DNA from: Lysobacterales bacterium
GTDB taxonomy: Bacteria; Pseudomonadota; Gammaproteobacteria; Xanthomonadales; BPKI01
Assembly (NCBI GenBank): GCA_026005055.1
Contig: BPKI01000001.1
Location: 1,732,566-1,796,565, forward strand
Reading direction: 5' to 3'
DNA: 64,000 bases
Shown: positions 49,364-59,719 of the stretch, one piece after another
Numbering within the stretch: the stretch's first letter is position 1
Layout of the letters: every line of letters begins with the position of its first letter
Made by a program: the position numbers and the translations under genes
Notes under the pieces: generated by a model
Database searches by the model: none
Seen by the model: only the letters and a program-made list of their open reading frames with translations
Told to the model about the DNA's origin: nothing

Positions 49364-49635
49364 CAGCGCGGCGGTGCCATGCGCGGGACGATCCGCGGTG
49401 GGCCGGCCGGCGGCGGAGCGGAGTGACATGGCCTCGATCATACGCAAGCGGAAAGCTCTCGAGCTGCGGGCGCCGCGCGAAGCGCCTACAATACGCGCCG
49501 TTCGGGCCGCGGGAGGGTTCGGCGGCCGGTTCGAGGGGAGAGAGCATCGCGGCGTCCATCCGCCGAGGTCCTGCCCTTGCCGGACGCGCGCCTCCCGCGC
49601 CTCCTCGTCCAACATCAGCGGGAGCTTCGCGAAAG

Positions 49636-50739
49636 ATGCTGTTTCAGACCTTGGAATCCCTTGGCCACGAGGAAGTGGTTTTCTGTCACAACAAAGACGC
49701 GGGCCTCAAGGCGATCATCGCGATCCACAACACCGTGCTCGGACCGGCGCTCGGCGGCTTGCGCATGTGGCCCTATGGAAGCGAGCAGGAGGCGCTCGAG
49801 GACGTGCTCAGGCTTTCGCGGGGCATGACCTACAAAGCGGCCGTCGCCGGTCTCAATCTCGGCGGCGGGAAAGCCGTGATCATCGGTGATCCGGCCAAGG
49901 ACAAGTCCGAAGTCCTCTTCCGCGCCTTCGGTCGCTTCGTCAACTCGCTCAACGGGCGTTACATCACCGCCGAGGACGTCGGCATCGACGTCAACGACAT
50001 GGAATACGTTCTCAAGGAGACCGAGTTCGTCACCGGCGTGCACCAGGTGCATGGCGGCTCGGGCGATCCCTCCCCCTTCACCGCCTACGGCACCCTGCAG
50101 GGGCTTCTCGCTTCCCTCAGCCGCAAGTTCGGCAATGAGGAGGTGGGGAAATACAGCTACGCGGTCCAGGGCGTGGGGCATGTCGGCTTCGAGTTCTGCA
50201 AGCTGCTGCGCGAGCACGGCGCCAAGGTCTTCGTCTCCGACATCAATCAGAAGGCGGTCGAGCGCGCGGTGGACGAACTGGGCTGCGTCGCGGTTCCGCC
50301 CGAGGACATCTACGACTGCGAGGTGGACGTGTTCTCCCCTTGCGCGCTCGGCGCGACGATCAATGAAAAGACCCTGCCGCGCCTCAAGGCGAAGATCATC
50401 TGCGGCGCGGCCAACAACCAGCTCGCCGACGATGAGACCGGCTTCGAGGTCGAGCGCCGCGGGATCCTCTATGCGCCCGACTACGCAGTCAATGCCGGCG
50501 GCCTGATGAACGTCTCGATCGAGTTCGACGGCTACAACCGCGAGCGGGCAATGCGCATGATGCGCACGATCTACTACAACGTCACCAAGATCTTCCAGAT
50601 CGCAGCCCGCGATGGGATTCCCACCTTCAAAGCCGCCGATCGGATGGCCGAGGAGCGGATCGCCGCCGTCGGACGGCTGAAACTGCCGCACATGGGCAAC
50701 GTGCCGCCGCGCTTCCTCGGCCGTGTTCGCGGCGTGTGA
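49636..50739 (+). CDS. ldh: Leucine dehydrogenase (Glu/Leu/Phe/Val dehydrogenase family)
   Basis: 367 aa from [45 protein letters not shown], with the catalytic-Lys region [11 protein letters not shown] and a Rossmann VQGVGHVG. Confidence 0.85.
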   Translation: MLFQTLESLGHEEVVFCHNKDAGLKAIIAIHNTVLGPALGGLRMWPYGSEQEALEDVLRLSRGMTYKAAVAGLNLGGGKAVIIGDPAKDKSEVLFRAFGRFVNSLNGRYITAEDVGIDVNDMEYVLKETEFVTGVHQVHGGSGDPSPFTAYGTLQGLLASLSRKFGNEEVGKYSYAVQGVGHVGFEFCKLLREHGAKVFVSDINQKAVERAVDELGCVAVPPEDIYDCEVDVFSPCALGATINEKTLPRLKAKIICGAANNQLADDETGFEVERRGILYAPDYAVNAGGLMNVSIEFDGYNRERAMRMMRTIYYNVTKIFQIAARDGIPTFKAADRMAEERIAAVGRLKLPHMGNVPPRFLGRVRGV

Positions 50740-51902
50740 CCGCCGTGCGCAGCTTCCCCCTCGGTGAGGAACTCGACGCGCTGCGGGAGGCCGTGCGGCG
50801 CTTCGCGGAAGCGGAAATCGCTCCCCGTGCCGAAGCCATCGACCGCAGCAACGAGTTTCCCGGCGATCTCTGGCGCAAGCTCGGGGAGCTTGGAATCCTC
50901 GGCATCACCGTGCCGCCGGATTACGGCGGCGCCGGTCTCGGCTACCTCGCCCACCTGGTGGCGATGGAGGAGATTTCTCGTGCTTCCGGTTCGGTGGGCC
51001 TGAGCTACGGCGCGCACTCGAATCTCTGCCTCGACAATCTCTGGCGCAACGGCAACGAGGCGCAGCGCGCCAAGTACGTTCCGAAACTCTGCAGTGGAGA
51101 ATGGGTGGGCGCCCTGGCGATGAGCGAGCCCGGGGCGGGCTCGGACGTGGTGGGTTCGATGAGCTGCCGCGCCGAAAGACGTGGCGATCGCTGGATCGCC
51201 AATGGCAGCAAGATGTGGATCACCAATGGGCCCGAGGCCGACGTCCTGGTGGTGTACATGCGGACCGCACCCAAGGAACAGGGCAGCCGCACGATCACGG
51301 CTTTCATCGTCGAACGCGGGATGAAAGGCTTCCGCACCGCGCAGAAGCTCGACAAGCTCGGCATGCGCGGCTCAAACACCTGCGAGCTGGTGTTCGAGGA
51401 CTGCGAGATCCCCGAGGAAAACGTGCTCGGAGAGGTCAATCAGGGCGTCAGGGTGCTCATGTCGGGCCTCAACACCGAACGCCTGGTGCTCTCCGGTGGG
51501 CCGATCGGACTGATGCAGGCCGCGCTCGACCTGGTTCTCCCCTACGTGCGCGAGCGCAAGCAATTCGACCAGCCGATCGGCAGCTTCGGCATCATGCAAG
51601 CCAAGCTCGCCGACATGTACACGGCCCTGCAATCGAGCCGAGCCTACGCCTATCAAGTGGCGCGGGATTACGACGCCGGCCACCGCTCCCGGGTGGATGC
51701 GGCAAGCTGCCTGCTGCACTGCGCCGAGAGCGCCGTTCAGGTGGCGCTCGAGGCGATCCAGGCGCTCGGCGGTAACGGCTACATCAACGACTACCCCGCC
51801 GGTCGCATCCTGCGCGACGCCAAACTCTATGCCATCGGCGCGGGTACCAACGAGATCCGGCGGATGTTGATCGGTCGCGAGCTGTTCGAGGGGCGGGCGT
51901 GA
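50736..51902 (+). CDS. ivd: Isovaleryl-CoA dehydrogenase
   Basis: 388 aa. The blocks [51 protein letters not shown] and [14 protein letters not shown] match recalled IVD sequences closely. The GTG start overlaps the ldh stop (GTGA). Confidence 0.88.
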   Translation: MTAVRSFPLGEELDALREAVRRFAEAEIAPRAEAIDRSNEFPGDLWRKLGELGILGITVPPDYGGAGLGYLAHLVAMEEISRASGSVGLSYGAHSNLCLDNLWRNGNEAQRAKYVPKLCSGEWVGALAMSEPGAGSDVVGSMSCRAERRGDRWIANGSKMWITNGPEADVLVVYMRTAPKEQGSRTITAFIVERGMKGFRTAQKLDKLGMRGSNTCELVFEDCEIPEENVLGEVNQGVRVLMSGLNTERLVLSGGPIGLMQAALDLVLPYVRERKQFDQPIGSFGIMQAKLADMYTALQSSRAYAYQVARDYDAGHRSRVDAASCLLHCAESAVQVALEAIQALGGNGYINDYPAGRILRDAKLYAIGAGTNEIRRMLIGRELFEGRA

Positions 51903-52008
51903 AATCGAACGCCCGCCGTCCGCTCCGTTCGCGATTTCCGCGCCGAGTCGTCCCCTCTCTCCCCGGCGCCATCGCCGAGAAGGGACCGAGCCCGATGTCG
52001 AGACCGCG

Positions 52009-53472
52009 ATGAGTGCCGCAACCTCACCGCGCGCGCCTCTCCTTTGGGAAGCCCTCGCGCCGCTCCTCTTCCTGGTCGCGCTCCTTGCAGGCTCCGTCGC
52101 GCTCTTCGGCGACTCCTCCTCGGGAGGGCCCAATCAGATCGCGCTGGTACTGGCGATGGCCTTCGCCGCGCTCATCGGCCGTCGGCTCGGGCATCGCTGG
52201 ACGACCGTACAAGAGGCCATCGCCCGCGGTTTGGCGCTCGGTGCGAACGCGATTTTCATCCTGCTGGCGGTGGGCGCTCTGATCGGAGCGTGGATCCTTT
52301 CGGGGACCGTGCCGACGATCATCTATTACGGAATCGCGATCATCGATCCGGCGATCTTCTATCTCGCTTGCTGTCTGGTCTGCGCCCTCGTCTCCTTGTC
52401 GATCGGAAGTTCCTGGACTACGGCCGGGACCGTGGGTGTCGCCTTGATGGGGATCGCCCAGGGGCTCGGACTCTCACCGGCGATCACCGCCGGTGCGGTG
52501 GTTTCGGGCGCCTACTTCGGCGACAAGATGTCGCCGCTGTCGGACACCACCAACCTCGCGCCGGCGGCGGCCGGAAGCGAGCTCTTCGCCCATATCCGCC
52601 ACATGGCCTGGACGACCGGGCCGAGTTTCCTCATCACTTTGGCCCTTTTCGCCCTCCTCGGTTGGGGGCATCAGGGCGCGACCGATGGGGCGGCCATCCA
52701 GACACTGCGGGAGGCGCTGAGGGCCCAGTTCGACCTCGGCCTGCACCTCATGCTTCCGCTCGTCCTGCTGTTGGCGATGGCCTGGCGCAAGATGCCCGCA
52801 TTCCCGACGATCCTCGTAGGCGCGCTATGCGGTGTGCTTTTCGCGCTCGTCTTCCAACCCGATCTGGTGGCTCGACTCGGCGGCTCGGAAGGCATCGCCG
52901 GCACGATCGCGGGCGCCTGGAAAGTGCTGTTCGCAGGGTACCAGCTCGAATCCTCGATGCCTGCGCTCGATGATTTGCTCCGGCGCGGCGGAATGGCGAG
53001 CATGTTGGACACGGTCTGGCTGATCGCCTGTGCGCTCGCCTTCGGTTCGGTGATGGAAAGCCTTGGGATGCTCGCCCGGCTGGTCGCGGTGGTGCTCGCC
53101 GCCGCCCGCACGACCGCCTCGCTGATTCTCGCCGTGCTCGCCACCGCTTTCGGGGTCAACCTGATCGCTGCGGATCAGTACCTCGCCATCGTGCTGCCTG
53201 GACGGATCTACCGTCACGAGTTCGAACGGCGGGGGCTGGCGCCGGAGAATCTCTCGCGGGCGCTGGAAGACGCCGGCACCCTCACCTCACCGCTCGTGCC
53301 CTGGAACACCTGCGGCGCCTACATGGCGGCGACGCTTGGGGTATCAACCCTCGCCTACCTACCCTTCGCTTTCTTCAACCTGCTCAACCCGCTCATCGCC
53401 GCGCTCATGGCGATCGCCGGATGGAAGATCGCGCGTTCGCCCGCGGCCCACGAAACCGGAGGTGCCCGATGA
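52009..53472 (+). CDS. nhaC: Na+/H+ antiporter NhaC family
   Basis: 487-aa polytopic protein containing [19 protein letters not shown] and [16 protein letters not shown], which are NhaC-family hallmarks. Confidence 0.8.
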   Translation: MSAATSPRAPLLWEALAPLLFLVALLAGSVALFGDSSSGGPNQIALVLAMAFAALIGRRLGHRWTTVQEAIARGLALGANAIFILLAVGALIGAWILSGTVPTIIYYGIAIIDPAIFYLACCLVCALVSLSIGSSWTTAGTVGVALMGIAQGLGLSPAITAGAVVSGAYFGDKMSPLSDTTNLAPAAAGSELFAHIRHMAWTTGPSFLITLALFALLGWGHQGATDGAAIQTLREALRAQFDLGLHLMLPLVLLLAMAWRKMPAFPTILVGALCGVLFALVFQPDLVARLGGSEGIAGTIAGAWKVLFAGYQLESSMPALDDLLRRGGMASMLDTVWLIACALAFGSVMESLGMLARLVAVVLAAARTTASLILAVLATAFGVNLIAADQYLAIVLPGRIYRHEFERRGLAPENLSRALEDAGTLTSPLVPWNTCGAYMAATLGVSTLAYLPFAFFNLLNPLIAALMAIAGWKIARSPAAHETGGAR

Positions 53473-54992
53473 CGTTCCGACTCGCCGCACTGCTCGCTCT
53501 GCCGATCACGCTCTGGCCCGCGCTGGTTCGCGCCGGCGAGATCGACCGGGCCATCGAGGAATGGGTGCGGCCCGTCTTCGAGCCGATCATCACGACCGTC
53601 TTTTACTCCGTGCAGGTCGCGGAGGGCATCCGACTGCCCTTGATCGTCGTCTGGCTGCTCGTCGCGGCCGTGGTCCTCACCTTCTACTTCCGTTTCGTCA
53701 ACTTGCGGGGTTTCGCGCAGGGCTTCCGGCTCATTCGCGGCGATTACAGCAACCCCCGCGATACCGGTGAGGTGAGCCACTTCCAAGCCCTCGCCACGGC
53801 GCTCTCGGGCACCGTGGGGCTCGGCAACATCGCCGGGGTGGCGGTGGCCATCACCATCGGCGGGCCGGGCGCGACTTTCTGGATGATCGTCGCCGGGCTG
53901 CTCGGGATGTCCACCAAGTTCTGCGAGTGCACGCTCGGGGTGAAGTACCGCCGGGAGAATCCCGATGGCAGCGTCTCGGGTGGACCGATGTACTACCTCT
54001 CGCGCGGCCTCGCCGAGCGCTCGCCGAGACTGGCCACCTTGGGCAAGGTTCTGGCCGCCGTGTTCGCGGTTTGCTGCATCGGCGGCTCCTTGGGCGGCGG
54101 CAACATGTTCCAAGCCAACCAGACCTTCCAGCAGATGGTCAACGTTTCGGGCGGTGCCGGAAGTTGGCTCGCCGGCAAGGGGTGGCTGTTCGGACTCTTC
54201 ATGGCCTTTCTCGTGGGGTTGGTGATTATCGGCGGAATCAAGTCGATCGCCCGCGTCACCAGCAAACTGGTGCCCTTCATGGCGGCGCTCTATCTCGCGG
54301 CGAGCCTCTATATCCTCGCCGTCCACTGGCAGGACATCCCCGCCGCCTTCGCCCTGATCCTCAAGGGCGCATTCGCCCCCGAGGCGGCCTATGGCGGCAT
54401 CATCGGCGTGCTCATCGTCGGCTTCCAGCGCGCCGCCTTCTCCAACGAGGCGGGAATCGGCTCGGCGGCGATCGCCCACTCCGCGGTGCGCACCAAGGAG
54501 CCGGTCACCGAGGGCCTCGTCGCGCTCTGGGAGCCTTTCATCGACACCGTGGTGATCTGCACCATGACCGCACTAGTGATCGTCATCACCGGGCTCTACC
54601 AGCAGCAAGGCGTCGAGGGTGTGGCTCTCACCTCGCAGGCCTATGCCTCGGTGCTTTCCTGGTTCCCCTATGTCCTGGCCCTGGCGGTGTTCCTCTTCGC
54701 TTACTCGACGATGCTCGCCTGGAGTTATTACGGCGAGAAAGCGGCCTGCTACCTGCTCGGCGAGACCAAGCAGGTTCAGCTCGGATACCGCTTTCTGTTC
54801 CTGCTTTTCATCGTCATCGGTTCGGCGATCAAGCTCGGCATCGTGCTCGACTTCTCCGACGCGATGATCTTCGTCATGGCCTTGCCGAACATTCTGGGAC
54901 TGTATCTCCTGGCCCCGGTGGTCAAACGCGAACTCGACAGCTACTTTTCGCGCTTGAAGTCGGGGGAGATTCGGCCGACGAGGGTGCGTTAG
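53469..54992 (+). CDS. Alanine/glycine:cation symporter (AGCS family)
   Basis: Contains [37 protein letters not shown] and [16 protein letters not shown], the AGCS signatures. The ATG at 53469 overlaps the nhaC stop (ATGA). Confidence 0.85.
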   Translation: MTFRLAALLALPITLWPALVRAGEIDRAIEEWVRPVFEPIITTVFYSVQVAEGIRLPLIVVWLLVAAVVLTFYFRFVNLRGFAQGFRLIRGDYSNPRDTGEVSHFQALATALSGTVGLGNIAGVAVAITIGGPGATFWMIVAGLLGMSTKFCECTLGVKYRRENPDGSVSGGPMYYLSRGLAERSPRLATLGKVLAAVFAVCCIGGSLGGGNMFQANQTFQQMVNVSGGAGSWLAGKGWLFGLFMAFLVGLVIIGGIKSIARVTSKLVPFMAALYLAASLYILAVHWQDIPAAFALILKGAFAPEAAYGGIIGVLIVGFQRAAFSNEAGIGSAAIAHSAVRTKEPVTEGLVALWEPFIDTVVICTMTALVIVITGLYQQQGVEGVALTSQAYASVLSWFPYVLALAVFLFAYSTMLAWSYYGEKAACYLLGETKQVQLGYRFLFLLFIVIGSAIKLGIVLDFSDAMIFVMALPNILGLYLLAPVVKRELDSYFSRLKSGEIRPTRVR

Positions 54993-56395
54993 GACGCTTC
55001 CTCGGATTCCTCATCGGGCTCGAGCGCGCTCGGAAGCGCGCGTTTCGGGCTCGCGCCGAGCGCGCGCAGCCGCTCCACCCGGCCGATGAGGTTTCCTTTC
55101 CCCGAGCTGAGCTTGGCGAAGGCGGCCTGATGCGCGGCCTGCGCTTTGGCCAGGGCCTCGCCGACCTTTCCAAGGTCCTCGACGAAGGCTGCGAACTTGT
55201 CGTAGAGCGCCCCTGCCTGGCGCGCGATCTCACGGGCATTGCGGCTTTGCGCATCGAGCCGCCAGAGAAAGGCCACGGCGCGCAGCATCGCGAGCAGGGT
55301 GTTGGGGCCGACGAGGGCGATCCGCCGCTCGAGCGCGTCGGCCTGCAGCGCCGGTTCGAGACGCAAGGCTTCGGCCAGGGCCGCCTCGGAAGGCACGAAC
55401 ATCAGCACCATCTCGACCGCGTCACCGCCCGCGGCCTGGTCGTAGCCGCGACCCGCGAGCTCGACGAGGTGCGCCCGCACCGCCCGTGCGTGCGCCGCCA
55501 GCGATTGCTGCCGCGTCTCCTCGTCACTCGCCTCGCATGCCCTGAGGTAGGCTTCGAGCGGTGCCTTGGCGTCGATCAGCACCTGGCGATTCTCGGGCAG
55601 CATCACGATCACGTCGGGCCGCAGCCTTCTTCCATCCTCCGCGCTCAAGGATTCCTGCACCAGGAACTCCCGCCCCTTCTCGAGTCCCGCGCTCTCCAGC
55701 ACCCGCTCGAGGATCATCTCGCCCCATAGACCCCTGGTGCGAAACTCGCCGCGCAGGGCCTTGGCCAGGCTTTCCGCCTCCGCGCTCAGGCGTTCGTTGA
55801 GCCTCCTCAGCTGCTCGAGCTCGCCGCGCAGGAAGCCGCGCTGCTCGGCCTCGAGCCGAAAGCCGCTCTCGACCAAGGCGCGAAAGCCCCCCAAATCCTC
55901 GCGCAGCGGCCGGATCAGCTGCTCGAGCCTCTCACCGCCCTGCTGGCTGAAGCGGGCGATCTTCTCCTCGAAGATGCGCTGGGCGAGGTTCTCGAAGCTC
56001 TCCCCGAGCCGGCGCGACGCCTCCTCGAGCAGGGCGAGCTTCTCCGCGCCGCGGCGGCGCTCCTCCTCGAGGCGGACGGCGAGCTCGGCCTCGCGCTGGC
56101 GCGCGCCCTCGAGCTCGGAGAGGAGCCGCGCCTGCGCCTCGCGCAGCTCGCGTTCGCGATCGGCGACGGGCTCCAGGCGCGCCAGGGCCTGGCCGCGCTC
56201 CTCGGCGAGCCGCTCGCTGGTCGCGACCCGGCGCTGAGCCTCGGATAGCGCCAGCTCCCGCTCCTCGAGCCGCCGCTGCTGCCATTCGTTCTCGGCGCGT
56301 AGCGCCGCAAGACGCAGCCGACCCCGAAGCGCATCGGCCAGGGCGAGCAGGAAGCCCACGGCCAGAAGAAGGATCAACGGCGCTTCGAGGCTCAT
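54989..56395 (-). CDS. rmuC: DNA recombination protein RmuC
   Basis: 468 aa with an N-terminal TM segment, a long coiled-coil and a C-terminal nuclease-like RmuC domain ([25 protein letters not shown] ... [10 protein letters not shown]). Confidence 0.85.
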   Translation of the reverse strand: MSLEAPLILLLAVGFLLALADALRGRLRLAALRAENEWQQRRLEERELALSEAQRRVATSERLAEERGQALARLEPVADRERELREAQARLLSELEGARQREAELAVRLEEERRRGAEKLALLEEASRRLGESFENLAQRIFEEKIARFSQQGGERLEQLIRPLREDLGGFRALVESGFRLEAEQRGFLRGELEQLRRLNERLSAEAESLAKALRGEFRTRGLWGEMILERVLESAGLEKGREFLVQESLSAEDGRRLRPDVIVMLPENRQVLIDAKAPLEAYLRACEASDEETRQQSLAAHARAVRAHLVELAGRGYDQAAGGDAVEMVLMFVPSEAALAEALRLEPALQADALERRIALVGPNTLLAMLRAVAFLWRLDAQSRNAREIARQAGALYDKFAAFVEDLGKVGEALAKAQAAHQAAFAKLSSGKGNLIGRVERLRALGASPKRALPSALEPDEESEEAS

Positions 56396-56494
56396 CGGCA
56401 GAAGCAGGGCGAGCTTGTCGCCACCCAGTATGCCCGCCCCCGTCGCAGAGGTTGCGACGGATCGCCGCCCGAGCTCCCGTCTTTGGGCGCTGCC

Positions 56495-56830
56495 TCAGCC
56501 GGGCTTCTTGACCCAGGCGGCGCACCAGCCGTTGGCGTGCACCAGCTTGCCGGGGAAGATGGCGCAGGGTCGCCATTCCTCCCCTTCCGCACCCTGGATC
56601 AGATTGCAGTTGGAGCACATCTGATCCGGCCGATGGTTGGGGTACTTCGCCCGATCCACGGCGTTGGTGTCGTGCTTGTAGCCGAGCGCGGCCGCGGTCG
56701 GATCGCTTTCCTCGAGCTTGGGCAGCTCGGCTCGAGCCGCTCCGATCAGCGCGGGCAGGAGCGGGGCGCCCGCGGCGCCGAGCACGACGAGGCGGATCAG
56801 GCGGCGGCGACGTGGATCGTGTCGATGCAT
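56495..56830 (-). CDS. hip: High-potential iron-sulfur protein (HiPIP) with twin-arginine signal peptide
   Basis: 111 aa from MHRHDPRRRRLIRLVVLGAAG (Tat motif). The mature part has the HiPIP Cys pattern C-x2-C...C...W-C (QMCSNCNLIQG...WRPCAIFPGKLVHANGWCAAW). The 350-aa track ORF is over-extended. Confidence 0.9.
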   Translation of the reverse strand: MHRHDPRRRRLIRLVVLGAAGAPLLPALIGAARAELPKLEESDPTAAALGYKHDTNAVDRAKYPNHRPDQMCSNCNLIQGAEGEEWRPCAIFPGKLVHANGWCAAWVKKPG

Positions 56831-56926
56831 CGGAGAACTCCTGGCGATGGCTTGGAGAGGAGGCGACGATAGCGCACACTCGCGTCGATGCCCAGTGCAT
56901 GATGGCCGGATCGCGGACCGACTGCC

Positions 56927-57553
56927 TTGACCATGATCAACAACTCTCCCGATGCTCCCTGGGCCGCCCTCGCCGCCCTCGCCCGGCGCTTCGCGGAGCG
57001 CGGCTGGACGCCGGCCACCGCGGGCAACTTCTCGCTTCGGCTCGAGGGCGAGCGCTTTCTGGTGACGGCCTCCGGCCGCGACAAGGGCCGGCTCGGGGAG
57101 GGCGATTTCCTGATCGTCGATCGAGACGGCCGGATCTTGGCCGGATCCGGCCGGCCCTCGGCCGAGACCGCCTTGCACCTGCAGGTTTACCGCCTCCGGC
57201 CGGAGGCGGGGGCGGTGCTCCACACCCATTCCCCGACCCAGACCGTGGCCTCCCGGCTGTTCGCGGGAGAAGGGGAGATCCGCCTCGCCGGCTATGAGCT
57301 CCTCAAAGCCATTTCCGGGATCGACACCCATACGGCCGAGCTCTTCCTGCCGGTGGTGGCGAACAGCCAGGACATGGAGGAGATCGCGGCGCGGGTGGAA
57401 CCTTCGCTCTCCGCCCCGGTCTGCGTCGGCTATCTGATCGAGGGCCACGGGCTTTATGCCTGGGGGCGTGATCCGGAGGAAGCGGCGCGGCATCTCGAGG
57501 CGCTCGATTTCCTCATCCAATGCGAACTCGACCTGCGGAGACTCCATCGATGA
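56927..57553 (+). CDS. mtnB: Methylthioribulose-1-phosphate dehydratase (class II aldolase/adducin fold)
   Basis: Contains [14 protein letters not shown] ... [10 protein letters not shown] ... VLHTHSP. It is followed by mtnD and mtnC. Confidence 0.85.
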   Translation: MTMINNSPDAPWAALAALARRFAERGWTPATAGNFSLRLEGERFLVTASGRDKGRLGEGDFLIVDRDGRILAGSGRPSAETALHLQVYRLRPEAGAVLHTHSPTQTVASRLFAGEGEIRLAGYELLKAISGIDTHTAELFLPVVANSQDMEEIAARVEPSLSAPVCVGYLIEGHGLYAWGRDPEEAARHLEALDFLIQCELDLRRLHR

Positions 57554-58104
57554 GCCGACTGCGCATCTTCGCCGAAGACGATCCCTCCACCCCCCGCTTC
57601 GTCACCCAGGACGGGGCGGAGATCGCCCGCTGCCTCGCCGAGATCGGGGTGCGCTTCGAGCGCTGGCAGCCGCGCGCCGAGATACGTGCCGGGGCGGCCT
57701 CCGAGGAAATCCTTTCCGCCTTCCGGGAGGACATCGATCGGCTGGTGGCCGAGTGCGGCTTCCGCACCGTGGACGTGGTCAGCATCCACCCCGAACATCC
57801 GGAGCGCGAGGCGCTGCGGCAGAAGTTCCTCGACGAGCACTACCACAAGGAGAACGAGGTGCGCTTCTTCGTCGCCGGCTCGGGACTGTTCACCCTCCAC
57901 CCCGACCACCGGGTGTACGAGGTGCTGTGCGAGGCCGGCGACCTGATCAGCGTTCCCGACCGGATGAGGCACTGGTTCGACATGGGCCCGAGCCCGAGCT
58001 TCGTCGCGATCCGCTTCTTCACCGAGCCGGATGGCTGGGTCGGGCACTTCACCGGCACCGACATCGCCCGCCGTTTCCCCCGCTTCGAGCCGGGGTCGGC
58101 CTGA
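57550..58104 (+). CDS. mtnD: Acireductone dioxygenase (ARD)
   Basis: 184 aa from MSRLRIF, with the cupin motifs [25 protein letters not shown] and [12 protein letters not shown]. An ATGA overlap links it to the mtnB stop. Confidence 0.88.
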   Translation: MSRLRIFAEDDPSTPRFVTQDGAEIARCLAEIGVRFERWQPRAEIRAGAASEEILSAFREDIDRLVAECGFRTVDVVSIHPEHPEREALRQKFLDEHYHKENEVRFFVAGSGLFTLHPDHRVYEVLCEAGDLISVPDRMRHWFDMGPSPSFVAIRFFTEPDGWVGHFTGTDIARRFPRFEPGSA

Positions 58105-58105
58105 G

Positions 58106-58795
58106 ATGCCGCGGTTCCACGGCATCCGCGCCGTCCTCACCGACATCGAGGGCACCACGAGCTCGCTCTCCTTCGTGAAGGACGTGCTGTTCCCTTACGC
58201 CCGCGCCGCCCTGCCCGACTTCCTTCGCGAACGGGCAGAGGATCCAGAGGTGCGTCCCTGGCTCGAGCAGGTGGCGGCGGAGACCGGCGAGGGCGGGCTC
58301 GAGGCCCAGATCGCCCGTCTCCTCGCCTGGATCGACGAGGACCGAAAGCACACCGCACTCAAGGCGCTGCAAGGGATGGTCTGGCGCCGCGGCTATGCCG
58401 AGGGGCGCTTCCAGGCGCATGTCTATCCCGACGCGGCGACGCGGCTTGGCGCCTGGCGCGCGGCCGGCATCCCGCTTTACGTCTACAGCTCGGGTTCGGT
58501 CGAGGCGCAGAAGCTCTTCTTCCGGCACAGCGAGGCGGGCGACCTCACCCCCCTGTTCAGCGGCCATTTCGATACCACGATCGGCGCGAAGACCGATCCT
58601 CGGTCCTACCGCCGCATCGCCGAGCGGATCGGCGTGCCGCCGGAGGGGATCCTGTTCCTCTCCGATCTCGAGGCCGAGCTCGACGCGGCCCGCGCGGCGG
58701 GCTTGGCCACGGTGCGGCTGGCGCGCGAAGGAAGCCCGCTGCCCGCCAGCGCCCATCCGGTGGTCTCCGATTTCGCCGCAATCGAGCTCCTTTAG
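58106..58795 (+). CDS. mtnC: Enolase-phosphatase E1 (HAD family)
   Basis: 229 aa containing [49 protein letters not shown] and FLSD. Confidence 0.88.
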   Translation: MPRFHGIRAVLTDIEGTTSSLSFVKDVLFPYARAALPDFLRERAEDPEVRPWLEQVAAETGEGGLEAQIARLLAWIDEDRKHTALKALQGMVWRRGYAEGRFQAHVYPDAATRLGAWRAAGIPLYVYSSGSVEAQKLFFRHSEAGDLTPLFSGHFDTTIGAKTDPRSYRRIAERIGVPPEGILFLSDLEAELDAARAAGLATVRLAREGSPLPASAHPVVSDFAAIELL

Positions 58796-58807
58796 GGAAA
58801 GCCGCGA

Positions 58808-59719
58808 TCAGAGCACATCCCCGGCGGCTAGACGCGCCCGCAGCGCCAAGGCGGTCTCCGGGAAATCGCAGAACAAGGCATCCGCGCCGAGGTGCATCGC
58901 CCGCTTCAGTTCCGCCTCGGCGCTCGTCTCGCTTCCTGGGACCATGTCGTCGCGGAAGGTCCAGGCATGGACTTCGAGGCCGAGGCCGTGCAGCCGGGCG
59001 ATCCCCTCGCCCGCCGCCGGATCGCGCAAGTAGCGTTTGTCCAGCCCCAACCCGTTCGCCCAACGGTGGATCCGCTCGGCGAGGGCGAGCAGCGCCGGCC
59101 AAGGCTGCCGCTCGTCCCAGACCATCAGCAGGAAGGAGGGGATGCCGATTCGCTCGCGGGCCTGGCGCAGGGGCTCTTCCTCGAAGCATTGCAGCCATAC
59201 CCGCGCCCCCGGTCCCGTGATACCGCGCCGCTCGAGCTCGGCGCAGAAGGGCGCTACGGGGTCGTGCCCGCGGCTACGGAACCAGGACGGATGCTTGAGC
59301 TCGGGATAGAGGATCCGCCCGGCGGCGAGGGCGAGGTCGAGCGCTTCGGCGAAGCTCGGGATCGGATAGAGACCGTCGTGACGCCGGTCGCGTCCGGGAA
59401 AGGGCTGAATGGCGCGCAATCGGCCGATCTCCTCGTCGCGGAAGCGGTCCACCCACCAGTCCAGGCGGTCCTCCAACCCGCGTTCCCGGCGACGGGCGAA
59501 CTCGCGCCGCCGGGCGACGTCGGTGCTACGCGAGAGATGGGCGTCGTGGCGCGCGAAAAGCGTCCCGTCGGCGCTGATCACCAGGTCCGGCTCGAGGATC
59601 TCGGCCCCTTGTTCGATGGCCAGCCGGTATGCGGGCAGGGTGTGCTCCGGCAACAGACCCGAGGCGCCGCGATGCGCGATGATGCGCGGCGGATGCCCGT
59701 CGAGGGTTTTCCAGTTCAA
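58808..59719 (-). CDS. Glycerophosphodiester phosphodiesterase family protein
   Basis: Contains IIAHRGASGLLPEHTLPAYRLAIEQGAEILEPDLVISADGTLFARHD and a C-terminal EVHAWTF. No ATG precedes the conserved core; the TTG at 59719 overlaps the upstream stop (TTGA), giving about 303 aa. Confidence 0.8.
   Translation of the reverse strand: MNWKTLDGHPPRIIAHRGASGLLPEHTLPAYRLAIEQGAEILEPDLVISADGTLFARHDAHLSRSTDVARRREFARRRERGLEDRLDWWVDRFRDEEIGRLRAIQPFPGRDRRHDGLYPIPSFAEALDLALAAGRILYPELKHPSWFRSRGHDPVAPFCAELERRGITGPGARVWLQCFEEEPLRQARERIGIPSFLLMVWDERQPWPALLALAERIHRWANGLGLDKRYLRDPAAGEGIARLHGLGLEVHAWTFRDDMVPGSETSAEAELKRAMHLGADALFCDFPETALALRARLAAGDVL

Noticed and set aside
48401-49615. The cupin-sigma ORF read as a frameshift-fused rpoE-chrR pair (a pseudogene).
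   Set aside because: This is not fully excluded. However, the domain order (cupin before sigma) is the reverse of the usual rpoE-then-chrR gene order, no anti-sigma zinc domain remnant is visible, and the frame is continuous. I therefore kept it as a candidate genuine fusion and flagged re-sequencing as the test.
49364-49635. Candidate sigma70 -10 (TACAAT near 49487-49492) as the ldh promoter.
   Set aside because: It is an isolated hexamer with no acceptable -35 at 16-18 bp spacing, so it is too weak to annotate without TSS data.
56831-56926. Possible SAM or other riboswitch upstream of the mtnBDC methionine-salvage genes. Also considered: a cobalamin riboswitch near icmF and a glycine riboswitch near the AGCS gene.
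   Set aside because: The gaps are too short (about 96 bp before mtnB, and none before icmF or AGCS because of overlaps). I could not recognise any conserved riboswitch core motifs by eye.
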